64,000 nucleotides of DNA from Octopus vulgaris (GCA_951406725.2 OX597819.1:82088001-82152000); one strand, 5' to 3'. Numbered from the stretch's first letter, positions 40,212-55,443 are shown. Notes: a model not told the origin generated them from the sequence alone. Made by a program: numbers and translations.

Positions 40212-40356
40212 AAGAAGCTTGCTTCCCAACCACATGGTTCCGGGTTCAGTCCTACTGCATATCACCTTGAGCAAGTGTCTTCTACTATAACCTCGGGCCG
40301 GATAAATCTTTGTGAGTGGATTTGTTAGACGGAAACTGAAAGAAACCCGTCGTATG

Positions 40357-40396
<40 letters not shown>

Positions 40397-40399
40397 TGT

Positions 40400-40443
<44 letters not shown>

Positions 40444-40710
40444 GTGTGTGTGTGTGCGTGTGTGTGTGTGTGTGTTTGTGTGTGTGTTTGTGTGTCTGTG
40501 TTTGTCACCCCACCATCGCTTGACACCTGATGTTAGTGTTTACGTCCCCATAAGAACCGCTAAGTTACGGGAACGGCAAAAGAAGCCGATAGAATAAATA
40601 CTAGGCTTACAGAGAATAATTTCTGAGGTCGATCTCTTCGACAAAAGGCGGTACTCCAGTATGGCCGCGTCACCGCGTCCAAATGACTGAAACAAATGAA
40701 TATATAAAAG
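40212..40710 (+). mobile_element. SINE family A
   Basis: Same head, core and tail as 26402-26780. Confidence 0.88.
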
Positions 40711-40946
40711 AATATATATATTCGATTACTCTGTATTTTCCACCTTGTTATATATACCATGCTATGTTGTGAAGCGGTGCACAGTACCGGAATTTTCGAC
40801 CCGACTGAAGTATACACGACTACCAAATACAGATGCTTTGAAATCATTTAACACATACATTTCAGATTTGCGCAATATGTAGTAGGAAATATATATATTC
40901 CATTAACTTGAACAAATGTAACGTAGTTTGTACAGGTATCCGAATT

Positions 40947-41106
<160 letters not shown>

Positions 41107-41676
41107 TTTATACACACAATTTCATGTTGCCAATATTCACTGTCGTATTGTCAAATAAAATATAACGTATTTCATACATGTGTCCTAATTTTGAAACGGT
41201 TATACATGAGATCTCTTCTACTTGTAAAAAACAATCGCATATGAGTTGACATGGCATACACGTATGTGCATGCGTACATGTATACATAAATACACACATG
41301 CACACAATTTTATGTTGCCAATAAATGCTGTCGTATTATCAAATAAAAATAAGGCAGCTCATTAAGATAAGTAAATAAACGAAATCAGTATATTTTAAAT
41401 TACATACAGCATTCTACTTATAAAGATTCTTTTTCTAAATGTTTGACTGCAACAATCAATTGTGTATATATAGGCTTGTCAAACCTGATCAATTCTGCTT
41501 TGGAATTCTAGTTCGTTGCAGATTTTATAACAGTCAATAAAGGAAGAGATACATGGTTTATTGCATGGAAATGTTTCAGCTTTATAAGTATGTTGGACTA
41601 TGCAGGAGCTTGAGGCTTCCCACATAAAAGCAGACAATATACTGATGACAAATAGCAGCATGTATAATTACTTTAA

Positions 41677-42190
41677 TCTATATATATAAAAGTGAAGTTG
41701 TGTGAGTATCTGTCTCCTACGATTTAGATTCCTAACTACTCCCACATTTTGCGGTGCAGTTTAACCAAATTCGGCTATCTTATAGTCGTGATTCATATCG
41801 AGCCCGTCTGGGTATTAGCGCGCGTCTACGATGAGTCTATGATTTTTAAAATAATTTACCATAATTTTTTCCATTTTAAGGCATATTTTATCCGTGTGTC
41901 GATGGCGGCGGAGTTGGCGTCCGTGCTCACACCTGCACCTGTGTTGCTTCTCCCCCTTCTTCCCTCCCTTGTGAAGCTGTGGGGAAGGGAGTGTAAGGAA
42001 ATCAACGTCGTAAAGCGTTGTCAAGGAGACCAGCGTTCTTTTAGAACAACGACTTCATGGCTTGAAGTCGCCAAAACAGAAATCGCTAAAAAAGCTGAAA
42101 CAGATCCACAAAAACGGCAAAAACCGCCACACAGGGCAGGTTTCCTGTGCAAACACTTTGCACAACCGAATGTTTTAGTTGTTGCACAAA
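41677..42190 (+). mobile_element. Helitron 5' module joined to an unrelated GC-rich 3' segment
   Basis: A|TCTATATATATAAAAG start; first ~205 bp match 42191-42395, then the sequences diverge. Confidence 0.75.
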
Positions 42191-42589
42191 TCTTTATATA
42201 TAAAAGTGAAGTTGTGTGTCTGTCTCCTACGATTTAGATTCCTAACTACTCCCACATTTTGCGGTGCAGTTTAACCAAAACCGGGTATCTTATAGTCGTG
42301 ATTCATATTGAGCCCTTCTGGGTATTAGCGCGCGTCTACGATGAGTCTACGATTTTAAAAATAAATTACCATCATTTTTTTCCATTTTAATGCATTTTTT
42401 CGCTATTATATAAGGGAAGTAACTCTCTAAAAATGTCTACGATGAGCCAACGATTTAAAAAAAAATTACCATCATTTTTTATTCCATTTTTAATGCATTT
42501 TTTTGCTAATTTTTTGGCTATAACTCTCTAAAAATGCTTATATAGTTATTTCCCTTACAAACCCGAGCAACGCCGGGCGATACTGCTAA
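42191..42589 (+). mobile_element. Complete non-autonomous Helitron
   Basis: A|TC start, subterminal hairpin CCCGAGCAACGCCGGG, CTAA|T end. Confidence 0.88.
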
Positions 42590-43527
42590 TGGCTTATATA
42601 TGAAAAAGGGGTAAAATGTTGCGATAGCTGCGTCTTAAGCAGATGTGTATTTACTGAAGATTCAGGTTGGCCAAAGCCTCGTGAAGGAAATTTCTGAAAG
42701 TAACTGTGTCATGAGCACACACATGCGCGCGAACACACACACGCACAGAAGCATACACGCACACGCACAAACATATATAGAGAGAACGAGAGAGAGAGAG
42801 AGAGAGTGACTGATAGAGACTGAGAGAGGGAGAGATAAAGAGAGAAGGGAAGAAGAAATTAGGCTATAAACCTCATTAGTTTATTGCTGTTTCTGCTAGA
42901 AGATGCTATGCACTCATAGCACCTGGATTATCTGGATCGGCTAAGCTGTTTGGTGCCAAGTCGGCTCTGCTGGCCACAGCATTCTCTCCATTCCCCTCAT
43001 GTTATCCCCACTCTCCTTCACGTTGTTACAAAGATCCTTCTTAAATCATCTTTCCACCTCATTTGAAGTCTTCCGAATGGTTTCTTCTATTCGCTCGGGT
43101 ACCATGTTTCTTCTCCTGACTTGTGTTTCTTTCTTTCACTCCGTTGTAGTTGGAGGACGTGTTCTTGTCTGTCTCCTGTCCTAGCTTGATTTACGCGTTC
43201 GCCACCACAACCTCGTTTAGGTTTAACAGCCCTTCCCGTTTGTTTTCACAGTCCTTGTTGTGTTTCCTATTTTGACCCTCCGCAAAATTCCAAATTTTAT
43301 TTAATTTGCTTTGCAGGAGCAACTGTTTTATCGAAAGCGTATCTTGTTAAATGCTCGAAATACGGGAGTAGACAAACAGCTTACAACTGATGATGGGTCG
43401 TTCTTTATGTTGTTTGTTTTGTTATCCATTTGTGTCTTTCATTGTTCGAAAGAATAGTTCATATTCCATGCACTCATGCTTCGTATGTTTTTGTGGTACA
43501 CGTTTCATGACGTCCTGTGCCCACATA

Positions 43528-43574
<47 letters not shown>

Positions 43575-43598
43575 TTATATATATATATATATAGATAT

Positions 43599-43649
<51 letters not shown>

Positions 43650-44244
43650 CAGATAGATAGATAGATATACATGCATACATATATGTGTGTGTGTGTTCAG
43701 CTTCGGTCTTCTAAATTCTACTCACGAGATGTTTGTCCAACCTAAAATATTAGGTGTTATACCGTAGTTTCAAGTCTTGAACCTCGTGTTTACCAAGCAG
43801 AACTCTCAATCACGCGTCCTACCCACGTATGTATATTTACAATCAATTGTTGGATATAGAATGGATGACAGCCACCATCAGGTATGTTAATTTCAGACTG
43901 TAAACTGATGGTACTATGTATAACGTTACTTACTCGATATTTCATGCTAAACTGTGGTGTAATCTGTGCGTATACATGTGCATGTGCGTGTGAATCCGTG
44001 TGTGTTGCGCGCGTGTGTATGTCGTATGTGTGTGTGTTTGTGTGTGTGAGTGTGTGGCTAAAAGTGTGGATAAATGCATGAGTGTACTTAACTGATTTAT
44101 GTAGCAATTATTCTAACAGAAAAAGATGGAGTTGACCCGTTGTGGCATACTTCGTTTATGTTTACATGAATAGAATGTGTGCGTGTATACTATACATATA
44201 ACAGTTTTATGTAAAGTGCTATGTACACATGTGCTCATAAGAAT

Positions 44245-44251
<7 letters not shown>

Positions 44252-44335
<84 letters not shown>

Positions 44336-44336
44336 C

Positions 44337-44405
<69 letters not shown>

Positions 44406-44410
44406 CATGA

Positions 44411-44451
<41 letters not shown>

Positions 44452-44460
44452 CACACACAC

Positions 44461-44515
<55 letters not shown>
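44252..44515. repeat. (TA)n/(TACA)n microsatellite
   Basis: Direct reading. Confidence 0.95.
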
Positions 44516-44518
<3 letters not shown>

Positions 44519-45179
44519 GTATTTTTGCGTATAGAGATACATTAATAAAGACATGAATGTTTTGTGAGCAGAGGAAACCCAGATAAAATAATCATTTCCG
44601 GACACAGGAGGTCTAACGTAAATGTTACAATAGTCCTACTAAAGATCGATCAGTACATTAATTCCTCAAATATTGACCAACCTATTGATTAATCTAAGGA
44701 TTACAGGCATTACTCGTTTTTTTTTTTGTTTTTTTTTTGGTTACCGATAAATTGTTTTTGTTGTTATTTGATTTGTATCTACAGTTCTAAGGTATATGTA
44801 ACGAAAGAAATCTTTTTACCAGAGCAGACATTGCAGTTAATTGTGTAGCCAACATTCGGGTCAAGTCTATGCAATTAGGACTGAGATTTAAAAAGATTTT
44901 CTGCATTGTTAGTATTTGAACGAAATGCTTTAACAATAAAATTCAATTTCACCCAATTTATTCAACATCTTCAGGTGCTGAAAACTATTTTCGTAAAAGG
45001 GAATTAATTATATTTGAAAGTAAACTAAGAGATCAAAATCTACATTTTATTGATCTTTTATTTTATATTATGGAGAGACAGATTTTGGTAAAATGTTTCA
45101 TTCCTTAACTTAATTCAATTGCTTGAACGCGTTTTCTTGAACAAAGTTGACATACAAGTTTGTGTTATTTACTTTTATA

Positions 45180-45450
45180 GGTCGGTGAGCCGGCAGAATC
45201 GTTACAGCACCGGGCAAAATGCTTAGCAGTATTTCTTCCGACTAAACATCCTGTGTTCAAATTCTACCGTGGTCGACTTTTCCTTTCGGGCTCGATAAGA
45301 TAAGTAGCGAAATTTCAGGTCTTGTAGAAAGTATATTATTTGTTTTTTATCTCGGGCAGTAAATTAGCGGAATTGTTAGAACGTCGGATAAAATACTTTG
45401 TGATATTTGTTCCGACTCTTTACCTTCTAATTTCAGATCCTGTCGTGGTC
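45180..45450 (+). mobile_element. Two diverged SINE family B fragments
   Basis: ggtgagccggcagaatcgtta..gttcaaattc..ggtcgact, with a second head at ~45355. Confidence 0.7.
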
Positions 45451-45451
45451 A

Positions 45452-45491
<40 letters not shown>

Positions 45492-46442
45492 TTGTGTGTG
45501 TATACATACACTTCACGCGCGCATACACACATAGCATAAAACCGATGTGCTACAACGGAAAGAAAATTGGCTTCAAATAGAGATGATACATGAAAAACGA
45601 GAAGATTTTCTTTTTGGCACAAGAGGCTTAATTAAATTAGACATGTTGCCTTAATTTCGAAACTGCTGTCAAATCCGAACTGTCACTGTACAAACTAAAT
45701 GAGAATAATTGTGTGCGGTTCTCGATGAAAAACGAAAAAAAGAAAAGGACTGAATTCGATGAACAAATAAGCAGGTGAGTAATATTAATTATAGGAATAC
45801 AATAACTATATTTATAAAATAGGTTTAAGTCTGAAGGTACCTTTCAGCAGAGAAAATCTGGGCTCGTGAAAGCCATTTGGAAGGGGAAAAATTCATGGAA
45901 GTTCAGAGGAATATTATTAAAACCGAAGCTAAAGTTTCGATAATATTATTTTATTTGAATATTGAAACAAATGCACTTGAAACCAAAGTAGGGTCAACTA
46001 CGTGGTCTCTAGACTTGATAGAAATAGCCAAATCTATCTCCATCATATCACACCATACCATCTTAAAAGTGAATAATTATTTGATGAAAAGGATGGGACG
46101 GTACTGTTGAAATGCTGTTGATCATAAATGCGATTCACTAATATTGATTTGTGGGAAGACTGCAACAAGAAACCATTATCATGATTTAATTATTACAGTA
46201 AGTTCTTGCTAAGTTATAACAATATAAACTATATAGCAGTTTCAAAATATAATGTTCTGTCACATTTAAGAATATCAATAAGATTGTTTTAAAATCTTGG
46301 GTACATATGAAAGTTTCCTACTTAATCTAATATAATTCTTATATTATACTTGCCAGGCAAAACATGTATCCAAATGTTGCACGCAATGGAATATTTTATA
46401 TAATCTAATATATGTAATTTAGGAAAATATTGGTCTCAAATT

Positions 46443-46644
46443 TTGGCACATGGCTCGCAATTTTGGGAAACGGGGTAAGTTGATTACATCGACCCCCAAT
46501 AATCAACCGGTACTTATTTTATTGAATCCGAAGGGATGAAAGGCAAAGTCAACCTCAGCGCAATATAAACTCAGAATGTAAAGATGGACGAAATGCCACT
46601 AACATTGTGCTCGTCGTACTAACAATTCAGCTAGTTCGCCGCCT
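46443..46644 (-). mobile_element. SINE family B (diverged)
   Basis: gtacttattt..gatgaaaggcaaagtcaacctc..aactcagaa..gttcgccgcc is the reverse complement of family B. Confidence 0.8.
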
Positions 46645-47739
46645 TCATGTAGGAAAGTGTTATAATAAAGAATAAACTCACCCTGTAAGATCAATTTCAA
46701 GGCGAGAACGAAAGAAAATTACACGCTATACGTAACCATTCAGATTTGGTAGCATTTGTGTTTGAATAACAATTTTTTTTTATTTGTAGCAATTAAGGCT
46801 ACACAGACATTGATAAATATATAAATGGCAAAAGTAATTTAAAAAATCAATTATAAAATTAGGCTATTAATTATCACTATTTCCTTTTGAACTTTTTCTC
46901 CAAATAAATTACTCAATGAAACTTGTATGATATGATCAATAGCTACTGAGATATCTATCTATTTTTACTGATATAATTAATTGATATTTAGAAAAACTGC
47001 AGTGGCCAAGTTAATGCTGTGAAAGATTGCCGGTTGTAGAGTTCATATATTCGTACGAAGACGTTCTTATGCTACGTCCGTTCTTATCGTAAGAAATTTG
47101 CAAGGTGTCTTTACGTGGTCATTCGATTAAATAAACATATCAACCAGATTCTCATCAAATATATTTGCTATTTATTTACATATTTCAGTTTTCGTCACCT
47201 TATCATTGAAATTCAAGTTGCATGTTTCAAATAACCCAGCCCTTTCAGTGATCAATAACCAAGAGTATATTTTCAAAAATATTTTATTATTTGTAAAGCA
47301 ACTCTCCCCATGATATTTGCAATTAAACTTGCTATGATTTGGTCCCTTAATTTGCTTTTACTATCAACGATAAAACTCAGTCAACTGAGGATAAAGTGTT
47401 TTGCTCAGAAACATCTTTCAAACTAAATACTAGCATCTTAAAAGAAAAGTTAGGATAATAAAATCCTAAATAAATTAAAGGTGAAATAAGATGTCCATGA
47501 GCGGAACCCATTTGCCATAGATATGCTTAATCAGTGCTGAATTGGGGCTCAACTACAACACCAGCAATTCAGCCCTTACATGATAGGGAACATTTAGTAA
47601 TGAATATTTAGCGAGGATCTTAAACTTCATTTATGTAAACAGCAAGTATGTTGCCGAATTGACGATAGCTTACAATAATGATTTCCGATCCCTATATGAG
47701 TGTTACTTAAAATGAGCTCACAACGTCTTGTCAACGAAA

Positions 47740-47945
47740 CGACCTCCATGTGGTCGCTCGATCTACTAGAAATAGCAGTTAAATTTCCTTCAAATCAAAC
47801 TCTAATGTCTTAAAAGCAGAATACATTGAATAATGCATTATTAGATATTCCGCCTCTAGAAAGGACGGTATGGTCACTGCTGGAATGATTTTGATCATAG
47901 ATATGCTAAACCGGATCTGACTTATGACTAAGCAAAATCAACTAC
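47740..47945 (+). repeat. Old dispersed repeat family (further copies near 22670, 46000, 47110, 47400 and 48230; reverse copies near 52615 and 53705)
   Basis: Recurrent motif ggtc.ctcga.ct.ctagaaatagc..aaat..c.tcaaatc..atggtc...gctggaatg..tttgatcatag. Confidence 0.65.
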
Positions 47946-48399
47946 ACAGGAATGAAATGTTCGAGGAAATTATACCACTTTCATTCTTTACCTATTGGCC
48001 GAAAAATAGCTTAATATCTGGTTGGTTTGAATTATCCGTTCCCTGTCTCTGATACCTCGAGCCTGAACTGTAATTCGTGTAGGTCTGAAAGGAATTGGTA
48101 TAATTTTTGTCAGAATTTTCAACATTATTTTACTTGATACAGCATAATATTCTGCATCTGCATATGTACAAAACAACAGGAGTGTCTCTATGTAATCGTT
48201 TGGTCGGCTAATAATAATAATGATAATAGCCAAACCTCTTTCAAAATCTGCCAAGGAAGAATGATAGATATACTATGGCTGAAAAAACGATGGGATGATT
48301 ATTTCCAGAACGTATTTGAACATATATCTATTCAAGTCTTGGGACCAGATAAAAACAAGATTTGTGTACACACATTATCAGCCAATTTTCTTCCATAAT

Positions 48400-50700
48400 T
48401 ACCTTGCTCTCATATCAGTCAACTTTAGTTATTCCTCTGACATAGCAACCAGTCACAACTGACTCTTTGACACAACTGTCTGACTGTTCTCTCTCTTTTT
48501 TATGGAATCTTCACACTGTTCCTATTTTTTTCTTACGCAACCAAATGCTAGTTGTTGGAATCTTTTAACATTGTCTTGTTTACTTTTTGGTTATTTTTCT
48601 CAATAATTATTATGTGCTTTACGTGAGTTTTATCTAAAATTAGAGAATGCCTTTTGAAAGCGATATTCAAAATCTTAATACGGTTACTTTTTCTAATTTT
48701 CCACAATTATCCCTTTATTTCATCTGACTTCATGCTATACTAAATTTATTTAATCAACGCTTCTCGACCTACACAAAACTATTGCAAGGAAAACACATTA
48801 CTTTTCTGCTTTTGAGATAAATATTCACAATTCTTTTTCATAGAGACTACTGGTAATGAATTGTTTATCTGTTTTCCTTGCATAGCTTCTGCAAGTTTGA
48901 TTTAATTTTCACCCCTTTCAATTCCTAATACAATCTTGTTTTGCTATTTGTTTCCCAATGTTAGAGTGAAACAAATCATCTTGGAGCGTTTGTTACAGCT
49001 CAGCCATCCATAGTATTATTTTGCCAAAGCTATTACACACTGTGCTTTCGTGTGTTTATCTTTATCATGATAAGCATTAGTTCATATAACTCCTGCTGGT
49101 TTGTTTTACGGTCATCACTGAATCCTTTTTATTCACTCTAGATAGAACAATTTCTTCTTGTCCCTTCTCTTCGCTCTTTCTTCTATTATTTATCTATTCA
49201 TGCAACTCTAACCTTTATTTCCTTATATAAATATATCACATTTTTTTATATCCACCCGTCTCCAGCTTTTCTTGCTATTTGCTTATCATGCAGAGTTGAG
49301 AAAGCTTGTTCAGGAATTCTTTTAGTGATTCCTCTTCTCTGAACATTTCTCAGCTGAACCACATTCATCACACTCCAAGCCAGTTCATGGTTTTGTTTCT
49401 TACTTAGAGTTTTGTTAGTTATTGATTAATCAAAGATTTCGAACACACTTGAATATTGTGTCGATCTTTTCACCATTTAATTCCTTTTTCAAAATTAATT
49501 AATTTTATTATTTCTAAGACTATGTCTAATTTTTCTGTTTTCCCTATTTTCTTCTTTTATAGCATTCTCTGTAAATTCCTTGACACCTATCATGCTCCTA
49601 TGATAATTTGCAAAATAATTTCATTAGCTACTTTCATGTAAAAGCAATATTTTTGGTATATTTGGGGTCTTCAATAACCAGATTACGTGTCATTTTGACA
49701 TTTCTTTCTTCATATAGCTCAGTCCTGTATCAACTTGTTTCTCCAAGTTACATAACCAATACTAAATTCAAGAGAGTTTCCTGTACTTAGTTAATGCGGT
49801 TTGTTTGCTTTATGCTGTCTACAAATACATCCATTCCCACCTAACAGTTTATTGATATTGCTCTTATTAATCCAGACATATACATTCATGATCCAATCGT
49901 TACACTTAGTATTTTAGATTTTCTTGTTCATTTCTGATTTTATCTATGACATTTTATAATTTACTAATTGCTCTAGTATGTGCTCATATTCATCGTTTCC
50001 ATCGAAATATTGCTTGTATCTTTCAACAAATTGTTATTCCGTAGTCCCTTTTATATATTCATTTAAAAAAAAATAGAACTCCAATAATACGTATGTCTGA
50101 TCTCAAATCCCTGAGCTGTTTGGTTCGCCTTGACCTTTATTATTTTCTATCCTAGCTTTATTTCCTTGTTGCACTACGTTTCTGTACCTTAATTGGTCTA
50201 ATGACTTATCAACATATAATTCATTAACTTACTTGCTTGAAGTCTACAGCTATGTTTAAATCGTTCACCATTTCAATCTATTATAGATTAGTAATTTATT
50301 CCTACATTTATATATTTCATTCGCTGCCCTGGCAACAGATTAGATGCTAAACATTGTGACATCCTTTCATTTACAGTATAATCTATTACGTGTTCTCTGA
50401 CAATTGTTTGTTTCCTAGCCACATCCTTTTTATCGCATAAACTAAATTGGTTATATTTTTGATAAAACCTATGTCTACCTTTGATAAATAGTAAAACATG
50501 TTTAGCATATAAATATCTGAACTGAGTTATTGATAATACGACCGTAATTTTCGGATTAGTCAATTTATTATTAGCAAAGATTTTTTTATGATGACTACTT
50601 TTTTGTCGGTTCACTCTCCAGTCATCACCATATATCTTATTCCTGCTCATAATATGAACTAGAAATCTCGGTTTCAAAAGTGGGAGTAGCTATGCTCATA
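48400..50700 (-). mobile_element. Possible ancient LINE relic
   Basis: Long T-rich plus strand (A-rich sense), free of microsatellites; no clean motif recovered. Confidence 0.3.
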
Positions 50701-51567
50701 TTCGCCATGCCACTGACAAAGTTGGCAATCTAAAACAAAAATGATAATCGTATTTAGTATGTACTTTAAATATTTTGTTCATTTTCTATCTGGGCAGTTT
50801 CTCTTTTTCTAATATCATATCCAGTTCTTATAGTAGTGACTAATGAACTTTGCTACTGTAAATGTTTATCCAATGAAACTAAGGAAAAGCTTCAATATCA
50901 TTAATGGACACACTCAATATAACAACCACGCATCCATATACAAACTCAGTGTCACGCTTAAAACATGAATCCTATGAATCAAGTTCTAAACTTGAAGACT
51001 AAATAAAAACTGAGCAGCTAGAAATGTCAGTCGAACACATCGTTTTATCGACTTACCTATTCCTTTGATTGTTTCATGGGTTTACTCAAGCAGTGCTAAC
51101 AGTTCAAACAGATAATACATTACATAAATGAATCAATATCGATTTTCAGAAGAAATGTTTATATGTGAAAACTAAAGAAATACATCAATATATATCTCTA
51201 CTGTCCTTAACCAGTCCGGGCCAAGAGTAGGAGCTTTTTCTCCACCGAAAAAAACAAACATTTGTCACACTCAAAACACTCAGATCCTCCAATAACACAT
51301 AGAATAAGACACAGGAACATAAGAACAGAAGACCATGCATTAATAACTGAATCGAGCAACACTCAGCTGACTGGCTGTTATATCAATGTTATCCAGCACA
51401 GGTAAAACAGTCCTCCACACAAACACACACACACGCATTTCTATATGTGTATCACGCGATCATGTGACCGACCAGGCTATCAGATGTTGCTACACATCGC
51501 TGGTCGCAATGCGCTACGCATTGTTTTAGCCTTCAAATGATGCCACCTCGTTGGTTAAGCGAGCAGG

Positions 51568-51678
<111 letters not shown>

Positions 51679-51681
51679 TAT

Positions 51682-52152
51682 GGAGGCGCAATGGCCCAGT
51701 GGTTAGGGCAGCGTTCGGAGGAACGCGGTTTCGATTCCTAGACCGGCCGTTGTTTGTGTTTATTGAGCGTAAACACCTAAGGGTCCACGAGACTCCGGGA
51801 GAGGGTGGTGGCGATCCCTGTTGTACTCTTTCGCCCCAACTTTCTCTCACTCTCTCTTCCTGTTTCTTGGGTAACGCTGCAATAGACTGGCGTCCCGTCC
51901 AGCTGGGGGGAACAGAAACCAGGAAACCAGGCCCATATGCTGTCGGGCCCCGCTACTGACTTGGGGGTTGCATTCTATGCCTTGACCTGAGAATAGAACG
52001 AGAAATGAATGGAAACCCTGATTTCTGTCTTGTGGCTACCTCCTCCTAAAAAAAATAGGGAATAGGCCTAGGTGTGTGTGTATATATATATATACGCCAC
52101 AGAAACCGGGAAACCAGGCCCATCAATCTAGCTAGGCTTGAAAAGGGCGCAT
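51682..52152 (+). mobile_element. tRNA-derived SINE family C with V-domain-like core, interrupted near the 3' end
   Basis: GGAGGCGCAATGGCCCAGTGGTTAGG A-box, GGTTTCGATTCC B-box, GGGTAACGCTGCAATAGACTGGCGTCCCGTCCAG core; ACAGAAACC.GGAAACCAGGCCCAT duplicated at 51912 and 52099. Confidence 0.75.
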
Positions 52153-53160
52153 AATGTGTATATATATATATACACACACGTATACATGTGTTTGTGTGTG
52201 TGAGTGTGTGAGAGTGCGTGTGTGCGTGCATTTCTAAGCGTGTGTAAGAATATGTATTTAATTTTCATTCCATGGCCTCGTGCAGTAATGTGATTGCATG
52301 CTAGTGATCCAAATTTAATATGAAAGACAGATAGGAATCGAAACAACTGTGGTGATTAGTTGACCGTTCATAAGTGTAACGTCAGTCATTTATAACGGAG
52401 TGCTGCTCTTAGTTAATTTTGATTATTTTTGGTTTATCAATTATAAGTTGTTTTGTGGGATGGGGGAGATATATTTCATCTAAGAATAACATGTACGAAT
52501 TTAGTTCAAGGTCAGTTTCGACAGAATATATCTATAATCAAAAGTGCTTTTCACTCGGGTGATTCGTACCTAGATTTATATTAGCCAATGTGTTCCTCAC
52601 AATTTTTAAGCTCTAGAGTGTGATTTGAGGGAGACTTAGCTGCTATTTGTAGCAAATCAAGTGGTCATGCAATGGCACTTTTATTATATACCTTTTCTAC
52701 TAAAGACACAAGGCCTGAAATATTGGGGAAGGTGAGTAGTCGCTTATATCAACCCAGTGCTCAACTAATATTTATTTTTTCTAACCCGAAGGATGAAAGA
52801 CATACTCGACCTCAGCGGGATGCTCCTTCGTTATATATAATTGTTAATATATTTTTATATAAACTTCATTGGTTCTTATCATTGAAAGTGTCTGCCATCA
52901 TAGGCAGACGCTTCTATTGTTACTAACTTTTATTGATACGAACAACACTGACCTTTTGTTTAAGGTCGGTGTTGGATTGTATATTATGTGAAAGGTTGCA
53001 TCATATGATTATTTGTTTGAGAACTTTCGGTCTATTTTCCTCATCTTTGATGTTCGTTACAGATAGAAATATATCGTCCTAATAGGTTTGTCTTCAATCG
53101 TCTTAGTGCCATACACACATGCGCTCGCGCGAGCGTGTTAGTGTGTGTGTGTATGTGTGT

Positions 53161-53192
<32 letters not shown>

Positions 53193-53422
53193 ATTTGTGT
53201 GTGTTTGTGTGTGTGTGTGTGTGTATTTGAGTGTCTGATATGTCTTTTCCAGAGCTAGACTAACGATTGACATTGGAACTGCTTGTTACCGATAAATAAT
53301 TGGTTGCGTATTTTCGAGATGAATTGTTGTTGTTATTGCTTAACTTACGCTCAGTATTATTGAGTAAAATCATGACCAAGGGTATTCATGCAGTGGCCAT
53401 CCATCCTGTAATTATTTTTCAC

Positions 53423-53684
53423 TTTGTTGTTTGATGATGATACAGCGCTGGTGGCGGATTCGGAACAGCATCTGAGGAGACTGGTGGCAGAGTTTGGAAG
53501 AGTGTGTGAGAGGAGGTAAGTTTGAGTTACTTGGAGTTGTGAAAGGTATGCTGAGAGATAAAAGCTTGAGTATGAAAGCGAAAAGGGGTGTGCGTGAGGG
53601 CGTGATTGCGCCGACAATGTTATATGGTGCAGAGACGTGGGGGCTGAGAGAGGCGGCAAGGAGGTGATGAGATGTGTTTGAGAT
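53423..53684 (+). pseudogene. RTE-type RT fragment with internal deletion
   Basis: LLFDDDTALVADSEQHLRRLVAEFGRVCERR and EGVIAPTMLYGAETWGL. Confidence 0.85.
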
Positions 53685-54288
53685 ACGTTCCATTATCTCA
53701 TGACAGTATTTTGAGAAGTGAGGGGTCTTTAATAACGATTTCTAGCAGTTCAAGAGGCGATATAGAAATTCCATTGTTGATTCAGTTTATTTTAGAAGAA
53801 ATGCTTCTGTTGATAGTTTATTTAAATATTATTTTCCTCACCTTTGGTCTTCATCGCTATAGATGGTATCATATTTCAGTAACTCAAAATTATAATACTT
53901 CTAATACCCGGAGAGCATCATACTAGTTAGAATGGCAAATACAGTAGGTGTATAACGGATCCAGTTTCAATTCTTAGTGTAGTTTAGAAATCCGAATACG
54001 ACCAGAGACAAACCAATAAAAATCGTGTCACCTTGTTGTGAGGATTAGTTTGAAAAAGAAGAAAACGAAATCTCTCTCTGAAAATTATAAAGGTTGTTGG
54101 TGTTCGCTGCATTCCTGAGAAAAAAATATTAACAATGCCCAGTATTTCCCACAAAACTTTGGTCTCTTCTCCATTTTCTTGTCTTTAACTGTTGTTTTTA
54201 CTAAGTTCAATAATGGCACTGATCAAGAAAAAACCTGTTATCAAAGCTGTTCTAGTCGTGATAACTCTGCTCTTTTAGAGCAGTTATC

Positions 54289-55212
54289 ATTTTCAAAATT
54301 AATTAAATGATAGATGCATCAATGAAGATAATGAGATATTTGAAGAAGGATCGAGTGTTGACTGAATTCCAGCATAGCCTATATAGGCCTATATGAATGT
54401 GTTAAAGGTATACCCGTGATCGAATACAATTCTTAGAGCGAATGAATTTTAAGAAAGAAGGAACATTAATAATTAGATATACTTTGTATTCTGTCTTTTT
54501 AAAGACACCCACTTCAAGAATTTGTTTTAAATTTTCGCGGAATGTTGGCTATGATTTTAAGCAGTTTTAGTAACTGTTAACTTAACCCAAATGCGTTTGA
54601 AGAATGACGTGCAGCTTATCTTAGAGTGATTCTCAAGGGTAGAATGAATGTTGATAATGACAGTTTTAATGAAAGGCCTTATCTAAAACAGATGAATGGT
54701 ATTGTAATTGTTATTGTTTATTGATTGTAAATTTCATACTGTAAGCCTTGCTCACTTTACAAAATTTACAAACTTCCTGTATCATATATCTGACAAATTT
54801 GTATCAACCTTTCAGGGTGACTGTGATAGTTTTATTCTCGTCGTATGGTTTGTTATTTCAGTAAATAGATCAACTGTTGCATTGTCACTGCCATACTAAT
54901 CACAGCTTTTTGCATTTGCTTTTGGTCGTATAATGTATCTAACAGTGCACTCTTTACCTTGGGATGAAACGGACCAGAACACCTCCCTAACGTAAATCAA
55001 ATCGTTTTGTGAGCTGAAATAGCATGTCAATAAGACTTTAGCACTTGCATACGTCATTTCATTGTCATTTAGTGTATGATAAATTGCAGGAAAATACATA
55101 CATACATAAACACATACATACATATACGTCGAACGTGTTTGTGTGTGTGAGAATGTGAATGTCTAGTAGTAGTAGTAGTAATAATAATAGTAGTAGTAGT
55201 AGTAGTAGTATT

Positions 55213-55260
<48 letters not shown>

Positions 55261-55307
55261 TAGTAGTAGCAGCTGCAGCGGCAGTAGCAGTAGCAGTAGT
55301 AGTAATT

Positions 55308-55339
<32 letters not shown>

Positions 55340-55375
55340 TGTTGTTGTTGTTGTGGTGGTGGTGGTGGTGGTGGT

Positions 55376-55443
<68 letters not shown>

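Noticed and set aside
41749-42237. 162-aa ORF
   Set aside because: Spans non-autonomous Helitron sequence and a junction; no recognisable domain
43340-43400. GAAA-TACGGGAGTA..CTGATGA as a type II hammerhead
   Set aside because: No U at position 16.1 and no stem I hairpin; at best a decayed remnant
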